From the NCBI RefSeq assembly GCF_023585785.1, contig NZ_CP097765.1, forward strand, positions 30,001-62,000: a DNA stretch of 32,000 nt, written 5' to 3'. Each line of letters opens with the position of its first letter. Position 1 is the stretch's first letter. The translations under genes were made by a program, and so were the position numbers. The notes below the pieces were generated by a model. It saw only the letters and a program-made list of their open reading frames with translations. It searched no databases and was not told where the DNA came from. Positions 20,449 through 31,453 of this stretch are shown piece after piece. The stretch is from Blochmannia endosymbiont of Camponotus modoc. GTDB taxonomy: Bacteria; Pseudomonadota; Gammaproteobacteria; Enterobacterales; Enterobacteriaceae.

Positions 20449-21255
20449 TTAAATATCAAAATCTACCCATACCGGAGCATGATCGGACGGTTGTTGCATT
20501 CTACGAATATTATAGCTTATATCACTATTTTTACAACGATTGACTAGAGGACGTGTTGCTAATATCAAATCAATACGTAAACCATTATTTTTGTAAAAAC
20601 CACGGGATCTATAGCTGAACCAGGAATAACGTTCATCATTTTGAGGGTGCATGTTTCGGTATATATCTACCAAACCCCAGCTCATCAAACGATTGATCCA
20701 TGTTCTTTCCTCTGGTAAGAAAGAACATCGTCCTGATGCGATCCAACGTTTTTTATTTTTTTCACCAATACCAACATCAAAATCTGTAGGACTAATGTTC
20801 ATGTCGCCCATAATCAGTAATAATGAATGACTGCGATAGGTATGTTCTACGTAGTTTTGAAAACTTTTATAAAAATTTTTTTTGTATATAAACTTTTCTG
20901 GATGATTTTTATTTTCTCCTTGGGGAAAATAACCGTTAATAATAGTCAATTTCCCTATTGATGTCATAATATCAGCCATAATTATCCGTTTTTGAGATAA
21001 ATTATCATCATCAGTCAGTCCACGAGTAACAGTTAAAGGAGTTTGACGTAGAAACAATGCAACTCCATGATATTTTTTTTGACCGTAATAATATACGTGA
21101 TAACCATGTTGCAGTATTTCTTTTATAGGGAAACAATCATCATGTACTTTAGTTTCTTGTAACCCAATGACATCAGGTTTCAATTGAGAGATAATTGCGT
21201 GTAATTGATGCATACGAGCACGTAATCCATTGATGTTAAAAGAAACAAATTTCAT
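20449..21255 (-). CDS. xthA: exodeoxyribonuclease III
   Basis: The 268-aa ORF begins [14 protein letters not shown] and contains [16 protein letters not shown] and [10 protein letters not shown]. It is the same length as E. coli XthA. Confidence 0.97.
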   Translation of the reverse strand: MKFVSFNINGLRARMHQLHAIISQLKPDVIGLQETKVHDDCFPIKEILQHGYHVYYYGQKKYHGVALFLRQTPLTVTRGLTDDDNLSQKRIIMADIMTSIGKLTIINGYFPQGENKNHPEKFIYKKNFYKSFQNYVEHTYRSHSLLLIMGDMNISPTDFDVGIGEKNKKRWIASGRCSFLPEERTWINRLMSWGLVDIYRNMHPQNDERYSWFSYRSRGFYKNNGLRIDLILATRPLVNRCKNSDISYNIRRMQQPSDHAPVWVDFDI

Positions 21256-23143
21256 ATGATGGCGATCCGTATTTATTTTCGATCATAAAATATAGGTGTT
21301 ATTGACTTAATAAAATAAAAATAATTAACAATAATGAATTTACATACTTTGTATGTGTATAATAGTATATGAAAATAAATACTATTTGTTACACTTATTT
21401 AATTATTAATCAGATCAGTATATTTAATTCTTTAAAGATAATAGTTAGAGATGCAAAACTTTAAGCTATTATATATGAATGTTTCTATACAATACAATGA
21501 ATTAATAAATTCAAAATATTTGTTGTGTTTTGAATAAATTATTAGCTATGGGTATGTTTATAAGTATGAGAAGATTGGTGAATATATTAAAATAAATTAT
21601 TATGATTCTAATTTTTTTATATGTTTATTATTTGACGATCAATTAATTTAACTAGTCATCGAAAATTACAATTATTATTGTAATAGTTCATAAAACGTAT
21701 TCTTCAATAATCTGGGGTTTTGTTCTAATTTTATTTAATAGAATGTTTGTATATCATGGTTAGTTATTTAAATTAAAATCATGTTAATTTAAAATTGGTT
21801 TGTTATCAATTTTTTTATAAAGTTGTTGAAGAATAATTAAAAAGTAATTTAAATATATATTTAAAATAGTATTTATAAAAAATAGATTTATAGCTTGTTC
21901 CAAAAGTCTATTTTGATCCTATTATTAGGAGAATTGTTTTATATAATATAAATATCAAAATATTATTTGATACTAATGATTTTTGTATAAATTTATTTTT
22001 TCAGTAATGTGAAATTATGTTGAAACAATTGAAAATTTATATGTTGCATAATTGCAAGCAATTCTATGGTTTTAAATAGTTTTTAATATGTTTTATGTTA
22101 AGGTTTTTAATGGCATCAACAGATGTATCGTATCTTTTTATATGTCAATAGGATATATTATTAAAATTTATAATCACAAAGTTTTAGAAAATATGTTGAA
22201 TGGTATTCATTGAATATTAGTGAGTGTAATGATTTTTGCAATTTGAATTTTTATTGAAATATATATAACAAGTATAGTGATCGTCCTAACATACATGATG
22301 CTAGGATATTTTTAATATTTATGACATCCTTAATTTTTATTAAGCATTTAAAATATGTCTATTTAGTACGAAAACTATATTATAGTACTAAATTAAATTA
22401 TATTATGATGTTATGTTGGTGTTTTTGTTTTTAATTATTATTTTAACAATTCTAAAAAAAACAGTATAGATCGTAAGTATATGTACTTATTTGGTATATA
22501 TTTATATATAGGTATTGTTTTTTAATTAAAAATCAATTTTTGATAAATTGTGTAAGATATTTCCATCTAATATTTTAGATCGGGGGGGGTTATGAAGGAA
22601 ATAATAATTGATATTTATATAAGTAACCATATTTAATAATCGTGATATTTATGTTAATAAAAATTTTTAAATTCTACAGTTGATGTCAATATAGTTATTT
22701 TTATTTTTTAAGATTTATATTTTTAAGGAATATAACATTCCAGTCAGTATAGATTATTAATTATAATTGATGTTGTGGGCATATGTATAAAATATACAGA
22801 GATATTTTGAGATGGAATGAAATAGAATTTATTTATATGTATGAAAAATATTACATTAATTTAATATAGTGACAATGTGTTTGGGTAATAATAAATCTAC
22901 ATTAGAGATGGACATTATTAAAATTACTGGAAATTTGTTTACTTCTACTAAACGGTGTAGTCATGGACAACTAGTGTTTCGATAAAAACAATGAATATAC
23001 AATAGATTCATTAATTTAATTAAACATATTTGTATTCTATAAAAAGTAATTGTGATTATTATGTGTGATATTATGAATTAATAATATTAATTTGAGTGAT
23101 TATGAACAGTATAATACATATTAAATTGTGCATATGATGATTC

Positions 23144-23186
23144 CAGACAAAGAGCTTGAAAATATTACCAAGCATTTCTTTGTCTG
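23144..23186 (-). terminator. hairpin downstream of hns
   Basis: CAGACAAAGA (23144-23153) pairs with TCTTTGTCTG (23177-23186). An inner helix pairs GCTTG (23154-23158) with CAAGC (23169-23173), with a 3-nt bulge, for 15 bp in total. It lies 33 nt after the hns stop. Confidence 0.45.
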
Positions 23187-23218
23187 AGATGAAATAAATA
23201 AGTATTATTTATCATTAA

Positions 23219-23629
23219 TTATAGTAAAAAATCTTCTAATTTTTTCTTTTTTTCATCGATAGCTTTTTTGATAATTGAGGGAGTGCGCCCTTGTCCGGTC
23301 CAAGTTTTCATTTCACCATATTTGTTAATGTATTGATACTTTGCTGGGCGAGCTGCACGTTTATTTTTGTGAAAAGGTTTAGTATTAGAAGTTATATTTT
23401 GTAATAGTTCATTAGGATCTATCCCGTCAGCTATGAGCATATCACGATATTGTTGTAATTTTAGAGAATGTTTTTCTATTTTAGCTTGAGCTTGATTACT
23501 TTCTTCTCGGCGTTCATTAACAACTACTTCTAGTTTTTCTAACATCTCTTCTAAGGTATCAAGGGTGCACGCTCTAGCTTGCGCTCGTAAAGTACGTATA
23601 TTATTAAGAATTTTTAGTGTGTCGTTCAT
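23219..23629 (-). CDS. hns: nucleoid-associated protein H-NS
   Basis: The 136-aa ORF contains [33 protein letters not shown] and the DNA-binding loop TWTGQGRTP. The reverse-strand leader TTTGAGATTA (rc of 23635-23644) lies 5 nt before the ATG. This matches my recollection of the E. coli hns leader in both sequence and spacing. Confidence 0.96.
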   Translation of the reverse strand: MNDTLKILNNIRTLRAQARACTLDTLEEMLEKLEVVVNERREESNQAQAKIEKHSLKLQQYRDMLIADGIDPNELLQNITSNTKPFHKNKRAARPAKYQYINKYGEMKTWTGQGRTPSIIKKAIDEKKKKLEDFLL

Positions 23630-24256
23630 CGAATTAATCTCAAAATGTGATAAATAACAAGTCTAGAGTAAGGATAGAGCGCTAATTTATTTTCTGCAAG
23701 ACCTAGGGTGTTTAATTTATAAATAATCTTATTATATTTTATGTTAATTGATAATTAAATATATATAGTGTTATAAGTATCAGTGAGTATGATTTATGTT
23801 TTCCTATTAAAATATTTAATTAATTTTAATTAAATGATTTATGTATTATTTATAATAATATTTAATATTATTTAATGTTTAAGTATTATCCATTCAAATT
23901 AAAATTATTTATTTACTTATAAAATTTTATAAATATAAATAATATCTTTTATTAATCTAAATTATTTTTGTAAATATATGGATTGTATGTTAAGTATAGA
24001 TTTTTTTTATTTACCTGAATCGTTATTTTGAACATAAAATACAAAATAGTGTTAAAAACATATATGGTATTGTAAAAGTGTTTATCTCGGATAAAATAAA
24101 AAACTTATTTCATCACACATTAATTTAGTATATAAAATAAATGTTTTTTATAAGTTTATAGATTAAATAATTTTTTAAACTTAATATTATCATAATTTAA
24201 ATTATATTTATGTTACTAGTAGTAAAATACTGTAAGTCGAATAGGGTGTTAATTAT

Positions 24257-24874
24257 ATGGCACAATTATATTTTTATTATTCCGCAATGAATGCTGGAAA
24301 AACTACCGCATTATTACAGTCTTCTTATAATTATCAAGAACGAGGAATGCGCACTGTGTTATATACTGCTGACATGAATTCTCGAGATAATAGATATAAA
24401 CAAATTAAATCTCGTATTGGATTATATGCTTCTGCCAGAGCGTTTAACATTAAAACTAATTTTTTTGATCAAATAGTAACTATACATCAAAAGGATATAA
24501 TACATTGTGTATTAGTGGATGAGTGTCATTTTCTCAATCGTAATCAAGTGATTGATTTAAGCAAGATAGTCGATGTGTTAAATATTCCAGTATTATGTTA
24601 TGGATTACGTACTGATTTTAGAGCTGATTTATTTTCAGGCAGTCTATGGTTATTAGCATGGGCAGATAAATTAATCGAATTAAAAACTATTTGTTATTGT
24701 GGACGAAAATCTAATAGAGTTCTTAGAATTGATGATAAAGGTTTAATAATTCGAGATGGAAATCAAATATTGATTGGTGGTAATAATCGCTATGTTTCAG
24801 TGTGTCGTAAACATTTTGTAGAACAATTAGAGTCACCATTATCTTTAACAAAACGTGTATATAAAAATAGATAA
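24257..24874 (+). CDS. tdk: thymidine kinase
   Basis: The 205-aa ORF begins [33 protein letters not shown] (P-loop). It contains VLVDECHFL and the zinc-ribbon cysteines CYCGRK...VCRKH. It is divergent from hns, as in E. coli. Confidence 0.97.
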   Translation: MAQLYFYYSAMNAGKTTALLQSSYNYQERGMRTVLYTADMNSRDNRYKQIKSRIGLYASARAFNIKTNFFDQIVTIHQKDIIHCVLVDECHFLNRNQVIDLSKIVDVLNIPVLCYGLRTDFRADLFSGSLWLLAWADKLIELKTICYCGRKSNRVLRIDDKGLIIRDGNQILIGGNNRYVSVCRKHFVEQLESPLSLTKRVYKNR

Positions 24875-25321
24875 TAGTTTATTAAAGTTATGTGTATGTT
24901 ACTTTCTTTTAAATAAGATATATTTTTATACATAATAAATTTTATATTCAAGTTCTAAACTGATATAGATATTACTTGTATTTTGGATTCATTTTTATTA
25001 ATCAATATGGATTGATTCATATTTATATATCACAATTTGCAGTTACATGTAATGATGATGAAATACTGTGCATCTCATCATGTACTTGGCGTCAGGTGTT
25101 AGTTAGGTTAATTAAATACAGAATATATTTCTTGTTTTAAACGTATATAGAATTTATTTTTATGTAAATTAAATTAATATGTGAGTATATGTTTAATTAT
25201 GATAAAGTGATTTTATGGATATTTTAATTCAAATTAATAGAAACCTATTTAATGGATGTAGTATGGGATTTGTTATATTTATTTTGAGTTATTTTGTTGA
25301 AACTAAAAGTTAAAAAATTCC

Positions 25322-26791
25322 TTATAAAAGAGGACTTAAGAAATAAAATAAACGTTCAACAATGCGTTCCCAATAAGGACGGTTAGCCCATTTTTGGGGA
25401 TCGATTGTTTTAGAGTGTGCAATATAATTCTCCTGTGTTTTTTCTAGCTCATTACTAAAATCTTTACTATCAATGACTAATGTGATTTCAAAGTTTAGCC
25501 ATAAACTGCGTATATCTAGGTTTACGGTTCCTATTAGACTTAATTGCTGATCGATTAATACACTTTTTACGTGCAGTAATCCATTTTGGAATTGATGTAT
25601 TAAAACTCCGGCTTTTAATAATTCGCTAAAAAATGCTCTGCTAGCCCAGTTTACTAATACAGAGTCGTTGTTTTGAGGAATAATAATATGTACTTCTACG
25701 CCCCGTTGTGCTGCTGTACAAATGGCATGTAATAAATCATCACTAGGTACCAAATATGGAGTAGTAATAATAAGTTTTTTACGTGCTTCATATAATGATA
25801 TTAGTAATGCTTGATGAATTATTCCCTCTGGACATCCTGGTCCAGAGGGAATAATTTGAACAGTATGTCCTGTTGGTATTAGTTTATGATCTGCTACTAT
25901 GTGAGTGTTGAATAACAATGGGAACAATACGTGTTGTCCCGTTTCGATTTCCCAATCAGAAGAAAATATTATGCTCATGGCTGAAGCTGCAGGCCCGTCT
26001 ATGCGTACCATAATGTCGACCCATTGTCCAATTCCTATGTTTTTTTTAAACAATTGTGGATCTACCATATTCATACTGCCAGTATAAGCAATATGGTCAT
26101 CAATTAATATCATTTTTCGGTGTTGTCGCAAATCCATACGACGTAAGAAGACGCGTAACAAATTGACATGCAGTGCTTCTACAATATTCACCCCAGCCTG
26201 GCGCATTATATTAGGATATGAACTACTGAAAAAATTAGCGCATCCGGCTGAATCTAATATAATTCGACACCGGATACCTTTTTTAGCTGCTATAATTAAT
26301 TTTTTTATAACATGATCTACTAGTCCCCCAGATTCCCAAATATAAAATACCATATCAATACTGTGTTGAGCTAATTCAATATCTTTAATTAAAGATATGA
26401 TGGTATCGTCAGTTTTTTTTAATAACTGTATTTGATTACCTCTTAGAGCGCCTATTCCTTGACGATGTTCGCAAAGCTTAAATAATGAAGAAGCGATTAC
26501 GCTGTGTTCAGTGGAAAATATATGTTTGTAGGTTTTTAGTATTTGTATGCGACGCATAGTAGATGACCATGCTATCTTACTTCTAGTAGATCGTTGTTTA
26601 CCAAGGTTAGATTCTCCAAATAATAGATATGTAATGATACCTATTAAAGGCAAAACATAAATTACTAATAACCATGCCATAGACGATGGTACTGCTCGGC
26701 GTTTTATTAAAACTCGAAATGTAACTAGTACGATTAATAACCAATAACTGCATAAGAAAATACAATTAAATATGGCATGAATCGCAATCAT
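25322..26791 (-). CDS. clsA: cardiolipin synthase A
   Basis: The 489-aa ORF has two N-terminal TM segments ([24 protein letters not shown]). It carries two PLD HKD motifs (HRKMILID and HVKSVLID) and the C-terminus [10 protein letters not shown]. Confidence 0.96.
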   Translation of the reverse strand: MIAIHAIFNCIFLCSYWLLIVLVTFRVLIKRRAVPSSMAWLLVIYVLPLIGIITYLLFGESNLGKQRSTRSKIAWSSTMRRIQILKTYKHIFSTEHSVIASSLFKLCEHRQGIGALRGNQIQLLKKTDDTIISLIKDIELAQHSIDMVFYIWESGGLVDHVIKKLIIAAKKGIRCRIILDSAGCANFFSSSYPNIMRQAGVNIVEALHVNLLRVFLRRMDLRQHRKMILIDDHIAYTGSMNMVDPQLFKKNIGIGQWVDIMVRIDGPAASAMSIIFSSDWEIETGQHVLFPLLFNTHIVADHKLIPTGHTVQIIPSGPGCPEGIIHQALLISLYEARKKLIITTPYLVPSDDLLHAICTAAQRGVEVHIIIPQNNDSVLVNWASRAFFSELLKAGVLIHQFQNGLLHVKSVLIDQQLSLIGTVNLDIRSLWLNFEITLVIDSKDFSNELEKTQENYIAHSKTIDPQKWANRPYWERIVERLFYFLSPLL

Positions 26792-27295
26792 GATTACATA
26801 GATCCTATTGAGATGTTTATGGGATATCTTAAATAAAGACTATAGATTATTATTGAATATTTATTTTATGACAAATTTTATAATCATATAAAAGGTGTAG
26901 ATATATATAATGATCAGATTTTGATTATTAAAATATATTAATTAATATTAATTATTATTTAATAATATCAATTTCATTATTATATTTATACATTATATAC
27001 AGTATATGATATTTGCAAACACTTATTATATTTTTAGGAAATAAATTAATTTGTATATTTCATATATAATTAGTAATTATTATGCGACGCAATACATATA
27101 ATCGATTATTAACACTCGGATAGTACAATCAATTAACAAAAAACTGATGTATGTGTTTAGTTAAATTGTTTAATTTTAGACAATTAGAATTGATGCATAA
27201 CTATTTGTTGTAGTATATATTCATTTATTTAAAATATTGAGGAGAATGATTTAAAATAATTCCTAGTATAAAAACATAAAATATTCAAAATCATA

Positions 27296-28027
27296 ATGAA
27301 ATATGATATTTTTTTAAAAAAAATAAAAGATTTGATTATAGATCCGTTCCAACGGATTTGGCGCAGACTACATATGTCAATTTATTTTTGTTGTTTTTTA
27401 TCATGTGTAATACATGTATTTGTAATGCATGTATTATTATATTATTGTCATCATTCTGTTAATCAGTCTGTTTGTGCGCAAAGATCTAATATAATGACAT
27501 TGTCATTACTGCAAACTAGTCAAATTTTTCATGAATCGTTAGAAAAAAATCAGTTGTCAAAAACACTTAAAACATGTCATAAGCAGCAAAATTCAAGATC
27601 TATAATTCGTTCAGAAAAAAAAATTTTAGATAGTTCTAAATATACATTAAATGCTGATAAAAATTTGTCTTCGGTTGAGAAAAACAATGTTAATATTGGA
27701 AAATCTACAACACATTCTGTACATGTTCCTGAAAAACATCAGGATCGACCGTATATATCTTCTTGCATAATTAATTGCGTATATCCAGAATATCCTAATA
27801 GAGCGAAAATATTAAATATAGCAGGCAAAATTATTGTACAATATGATGTAAATACTAGAGGTAAAGTTGATAACATATGTATATTATCAGCGGTCCCTTC
27901 TGGTGTATTCGAAGAAAGTATTAGATCAGCTATGCGTCGTTGGGTATATGAGAGCAATAAACCAGAAAAAAAATTGATTATTACTTTCAAATTTTGTTTA
28001 AATTCTGTAAAAATGTTTTGTAATTAA
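27296..28027 (+). CDS. tonB: TonB-like energy transducer (anchor and C-terminal domain conserved, proline-rich spacer absent)
   Basis: The 243-aa ORF has a TM segment FLSCVIHVFVMHVLLYY that carries the S...H signature of the E. coli TonB anchor (LLSVCIHGAVV). The C-terminal YPEYPNRAKILNIAGKIIVQYDVNTRGKVDNICILSAVPSGVFEESIRSAMRRWVYE aligns with E. coli [54 protein letters not shown]. The start is uncertain and could be Met1 at 27296 or Met27. Confidence 0.85.
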   Translation: MKYDIFLKKIKDLIIDPFQRIWRRLHMSIYFCCFLSCVIHVFVMHVLLYYCHHSVNQSVCAQRSNIMTLSLLQTSQIFHESLEKNQLSKTLKTCHKQQNSRSIIRSEKKILDSSKYTLNADKNLSSVEKNNVNIGKSTTHSVHVPEKHQDRPYISSCIINCVYPEYPNRAKILNIAGKIIVQYDVNTRGKVDNICILSAVPSGVFEESIRSAMRRWVYESNKPEKKLIITFKFCLNSVKMFCN

Positions 28028-28197
28028 TATTACATATGATGATGTTGATAAATTGATTGTGCAGGTTTATGTGAAAATAATGTTTGTAACTAATTGAATA
28101 ATTTATTATTTCGGGTTGCAATATATACAGGTTTTTGTTTTATATTAGTTATTTTTTAATATAAATATAAATAAAATTTTTTAAAAAATTAATAATT

Positions 28198-28983
28198 TCA
28201 TACTGTTCTGATAATCATATATAAGCGATATAAATAAATTAAAATAATTACAGATAGTATATTATTCGTGGTGTTCATTAAAATCTTAACAATGAAGATC
28301 CAAGAATGGAAATAATGGATTAATATTAGTATAAGTATAGTTTTCATTAGAAACCATAATAGTATTGGTGGCGTAGTTAGATGAATGTTGCGATAGCTTA
28401 CTTTTATACTCAGGCGTATAGCTTCTATAATAGATATATTATTAGTGATAATCATAACCGGAGTTAGGCTGATTATAATGGCTAATAGAATACCCGGAAC
28501 AATTGCTATCATTAAACCCAGTTGTATGCACAACGTAGTGTAAAAAATTAATAGCAATAATTTTGGAAATAATGGTATTGTTGACTTAATAATATTTATT
28601 ATATTGAAAGATTGATTGCTTTTATTGGTAGTAGATAAAACATGTAACATAGTTAGTATATTTCCGAATAAAAAAGTACTACTTAGAAGCTTAGAAATAC
28701 TATTAGCAGCAGATAATTTTAATAAAATATACTGTTGATCTGATGATAACTCTTTGATCATGTCCTGTAAGCTCCCATTAATAAAATTATTCATAAATAT
28801 GAAATCTTCTTTTTTTGGTAATAAAATATAATCTAAGCTAGATTGAATTAATGTTGTAGCTAATATTAATGTTGTAATATTAATGTAATAATTACGAATA
28901 AAACATAATACGTCTTGAGATACTTTGATTATCATAATTTTTATAATTTTTCCAAAAAAGATTTTTGAAAATAGAGAGGTCAT
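28198..28983 (-). CDS. yciC: UPF0259 family inner membrane protein YciC
   Basis: The polytopic membrane ORF contains PLFPKLLLLIFYTTLCIQLGLMIAIVPGILLAII and a C-terminal LIYLYRLYMIIR, colinear with E. coli YciC. Alignment suggests the real start may be the internal ATG at 28935 (MIIKVSQDV..., 246 aa). Confidence 0.85.
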   Translation of the reverse strand: MTSLFSKIFFGKIIKIMIIKVSQDVLCFIRNYYINITTLILATTLIQSSLDYILLPKKEDFIFMNNFINGSLQDMIKELSSDQQYILLKLSAANSISKLLSSTFLFGNILTMLHVLSTTNKSNQSFNIINIIKSTIPLFPKLLLLIFYTTLCIQLGLMIAIVPGILLAIIISLTPVMIITNNISIIEAIRLSIKVSYRNIHLTTPPILLWFLMKTILILILIHYFHSWIFIVKILMNTTNNILSVIILIYLYRLYMIIRTV

Positions 28984-29387
28984 ATTTCTTCAAAATTGAA
29001 TTCGTGAAATATGATCAAATTGTTTAATTTCAATTAAAACATAATGTTATTCTATAAATAATTATATTCCACATATTGTTTGGGAAATACTCGTATTTGG
29101 CAATTTTCTGATAATATTTATTATTTATAATAAACCGAATATTTTTTCGTCAACATATTGTCGATGTATTGTGGTGCGTGTAGATATGTTTATAAGTTTA
29201 ACGCGTTTGCATACGGAGATTAATAAGTATTGTAATAATATTTTGTATATTAAAGTAATATTAAATCTATTATAATGTGTTTTGGAGTTTTTATAAGGAT
29301 TTGAGTACTAATTTTGATAATTATAATATATAACCGTTCGGTTTTTTGTTAAAAATAAGAATAGAAAAATGCCTATTATTACTAATT

Positions 29388-30218
29388 TTAGTTAGTATTA
29401 GAATGCATGGATATTTTCATAAGACGTACTAATTTTTCTATTTTCTTAAACGCTAGTTCTATGTTAGATATATTTTCTTCTATAATGCTTGCAATTTTAG
29501 AACCGGTAATGATCCCAGAAGTTCCTAACAATAACGATTCTTGAGCTTGAAGCGGCGTGTGTATTCCAAAACCTTGCAGTATAGGTAATTTTTTTTGTTT
29601 TTGGATACATTTAATTGTACTATGTAATATAGCATTATTATAAATTTTTTTTGTATTAATATCAATTCCAGTTACTCCGGGGCGAGATAATAAATAGATG
29701 TATCCATGTCCGAGAGTAGTAATGTTGTGGATTAATTCTTCGGTAGCATTAGGCGGACAAATAAAGATATGGGCTATTTTATGTTGTATAGCAGCATTAT
29801 AAAATGGTAGACTTTCTTCTACAGGAAGGTCAGGAATTAATACGGAATCTATATCTAATTTTGAGCAACATGAATAGAAATTATCTATTCCATTTTTGAA
29901 GACTAAATTTGCATAAATTAGTAATCCGATGGGCAAATTTGGATATTTGTTGCGAATATTGTGTAGTATCGTCACACAACGTGAAAAATTCATACCTGAT
30001 TTGAAAGCACGTTCCATACTTTTTTGTATTATAGGTCCATCTGATATAGGATCAGAAAATGGTATTCCTAATTCTAGTGCATCGGAACCTGAAGACACTA
30101 ATATCTCGATGATATGCATAAAAGAAATAGGATCGGGATATCCTACAGCAATAAAAGGGACAAATGCTCCTATTTTTTTTTGCTTTAAATGTGTAAATAA
30201 TTTTTTGTAACGATTCAT
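29388..30218 (-). CDS. trpA: tryptophan synthase alpha chain
   Basis: The 276-aa ORF contains GAFVPFIAVGYPD, ALELGIPFSDPISDGPIIQ, YANLVF and GFGI. Its ATG lies 2 nt after the trpB stop codon. Confidence 0.97.
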   Translation of the reverse strand: MNRYKKLFTHLKQKKIGAFVPFIAVGYPDPISFMHIIEILVSSGSDALELGIPFSDPISDGPIIQKSMERAFKSGMNFSRCVTILHNIRNKYPNLPIGLLIYANLVFKNGIDNFYSCCSKLDIDSVLIPDLPVEESLPFYNAAIQHKIAHIFICPPNATEELIHNITTLGHGYIYLLSRPGVTGIDINTKKIYNNAILHSTIKCIQKQKKLPILQGFGIHTPLQAQESLLLGTSGIITGSKIASIIEENISNIELAFKKIEKLVRLMKISMHSNTN

Positions 30219-30220
30219 TG

Positions 30221-31411
30221 TTATGTATCTCTTTCTTTTTGTAATGCATTATGAACTGTAGAAATGTCTTTATCTCCACGTCCAGACAAATTAACTACTA
30301 AAATTTGTGCTTTATTTGGTTGTTTTTGAATTATTTTTAGTGCATGAGCTAAAGCATGAGCAGATTCTAGAGCTGGAATAATTCCTTCATGAATAGATAA
30401 TTTCTTAAAAGCTGTTATGGCTTCCATATCATTAACAGATACATACTGTACCCGGCCAGTATTTTTTAGATAAACATGCTCTGGCCCGACAGATGGGAAA
30501 TCGAGACCAGCTGAAATAGAATAAGAATTTTTTATTTGTCCTTCCGAAGATTGTAAGATTGAAGTTTTCATACCAAAATAAATTCCTATACTTCCATGTT
30601 GTAGAGCAGCACCATGATATTTAGTATCTATACCTAATCCTCCAGCTTCTACACCTAATAACTGCACTGATGGTATGTCAACAAAATCGGAAAATATGCC
30701 AATAGCATTAGATCCCCCTCCTACGCAAGCAATAATTGCATCTGGTAAGCATTTCTCATATTTTTGTATTTGTTTGTATGTTTCTTTTCCAATAATACGT
30801 TGAAATTCTCTAACGATTGTGGGAAAAGGATGAGGTCCAGCAGCTGTACCAAGCATGTAATGGGTGTATTCATAAGTTTTCGACCATTCACGCATGGCTT
30901 CGTTACAAGCATCTTTTAACGTTTCAGATCCATGATGTACTGGAATAACTTGTGTGCCCATTAATTGCATTCTTAAAACGTTGAGTTTTTGACGTTTTAT
31001 ATCTTTAGATCCCATATAAATACGACATTTCAATCCTAAAAGAGATGCTGCAATGGAGACAGCAACTCCATGTTGTCCGGCACCAGTTTCAGCGATTATT
31101 TCTGTTTTAGACATACGTTTTGCTAATAAAGCTTGTCCTAATACTTGGTTGGTTTTATGAGATCCTCCATGTAATAAGTCTTCACGTTTTAAATACAGTT
31201 TAGTGCGAGTTCCTTTTGTTAAATTTCTACATAATGTTAAAGGAGTGGGGCGACCGGCGTAGTGATTTAAAAGATATTTGAGTTCTTTTTGGAAAACAGC
31301 ATCATCTTGCGCCGATATGAATGCTTCTTCTAATTGAGTTAGCGCTGGTATTAGAATTTGCGGTACATACATACCTCCAAATTCTCCAAAATAGGATTTT
31401 AATTTTATCAT
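30221..31411 (-). CDS. trpB: tryptophan synthase beta chain
   Basis: The 396-aa ORF contains [39 protein letters not shown] (PLP lysine), GGGSNAIG and NLSGRGDKD. Confidence 0.98.
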   Translation of the reverse strand: MIKLKSYFGEFGGMYVPQILIPALTQLEEAFISAQDDAVFQKELKYLLNHYAGRPTPLTLCRNLTKGTRTKLYLKREDLLHGGSHKTNQVLGQALLAKRMSKTEIIAETGAGQHGVAVSIAASLLGLKCRIYMGSKDIKRQKLNVLRMQLMGTQVIPVHHGSETLKDACNEAMREWSKTYEYTHYMLGTAAGPHPFPTIVREFQRIIGKETYKQIQKYEKCLPDAIIACVGGGSNAIGIFSDFVDIPSVQLLGVEAGGLGIDTKYHGAALQHGSIGIYFGMKTSILQSSEGQIKNSYSISAGLDFPSVGPEHVYLKNTGRVQYVSVNDMEAITAFKKLSIHEGIIPALESAHALAHALKIIQKQPNKAQILVVNLSGRGDKDISTVHNALQKERDT

Positions 31412-31453
31412 ATTGATTACTTTATTTTTTAATTATTTGAAATATATATTCCT

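Noticed and set aside
22632-22659. A dif-like element. TTATGTTAATA (22649-22659) resembles the XerD arm TTATGTTAAAT. A second partial copy lies at 22093-22103.
   Set aside because: The would-be XerC arm and central region do not match the GGTGCGCATAA-TGTATA consensus. Nine-of-eleven matches to an AT-rich 11-mer are expected by chance in this composition.
26906-26929. A Fur-box-like sequence TATAATGATCAGATTTTGATTATT in the cls-tonB divergent spacer.
   Set aside because: Only the first half fits GATAATGAT, for about 11 of 19 positions overall. It lies about 370 bp from the tonB start. It is indistinguishable from random AT-rich sequence without knowing whether fur exists in this genome.
27239-27254. 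A strong GAGGAG Shine-Dalgarno followed by the mini-ORF ATG ATT TAA upstream of tonB.
   Set aside because: A two-codon ORF is too short to evaluate. It could be chance or a leftover ribosome-binding site of a lost gene. I have no supporting evidence that it acts as a regulatory leader.
29332-29343. A small hairpin AACCG-TT-CGGTT followed by T5, downstream of trpA.
   Set aside because: It has only about 4 stable base pairs once a viable loop is allowed. The T-run is on the strand opposite to the trp genes. That is too weak to call a terminator.
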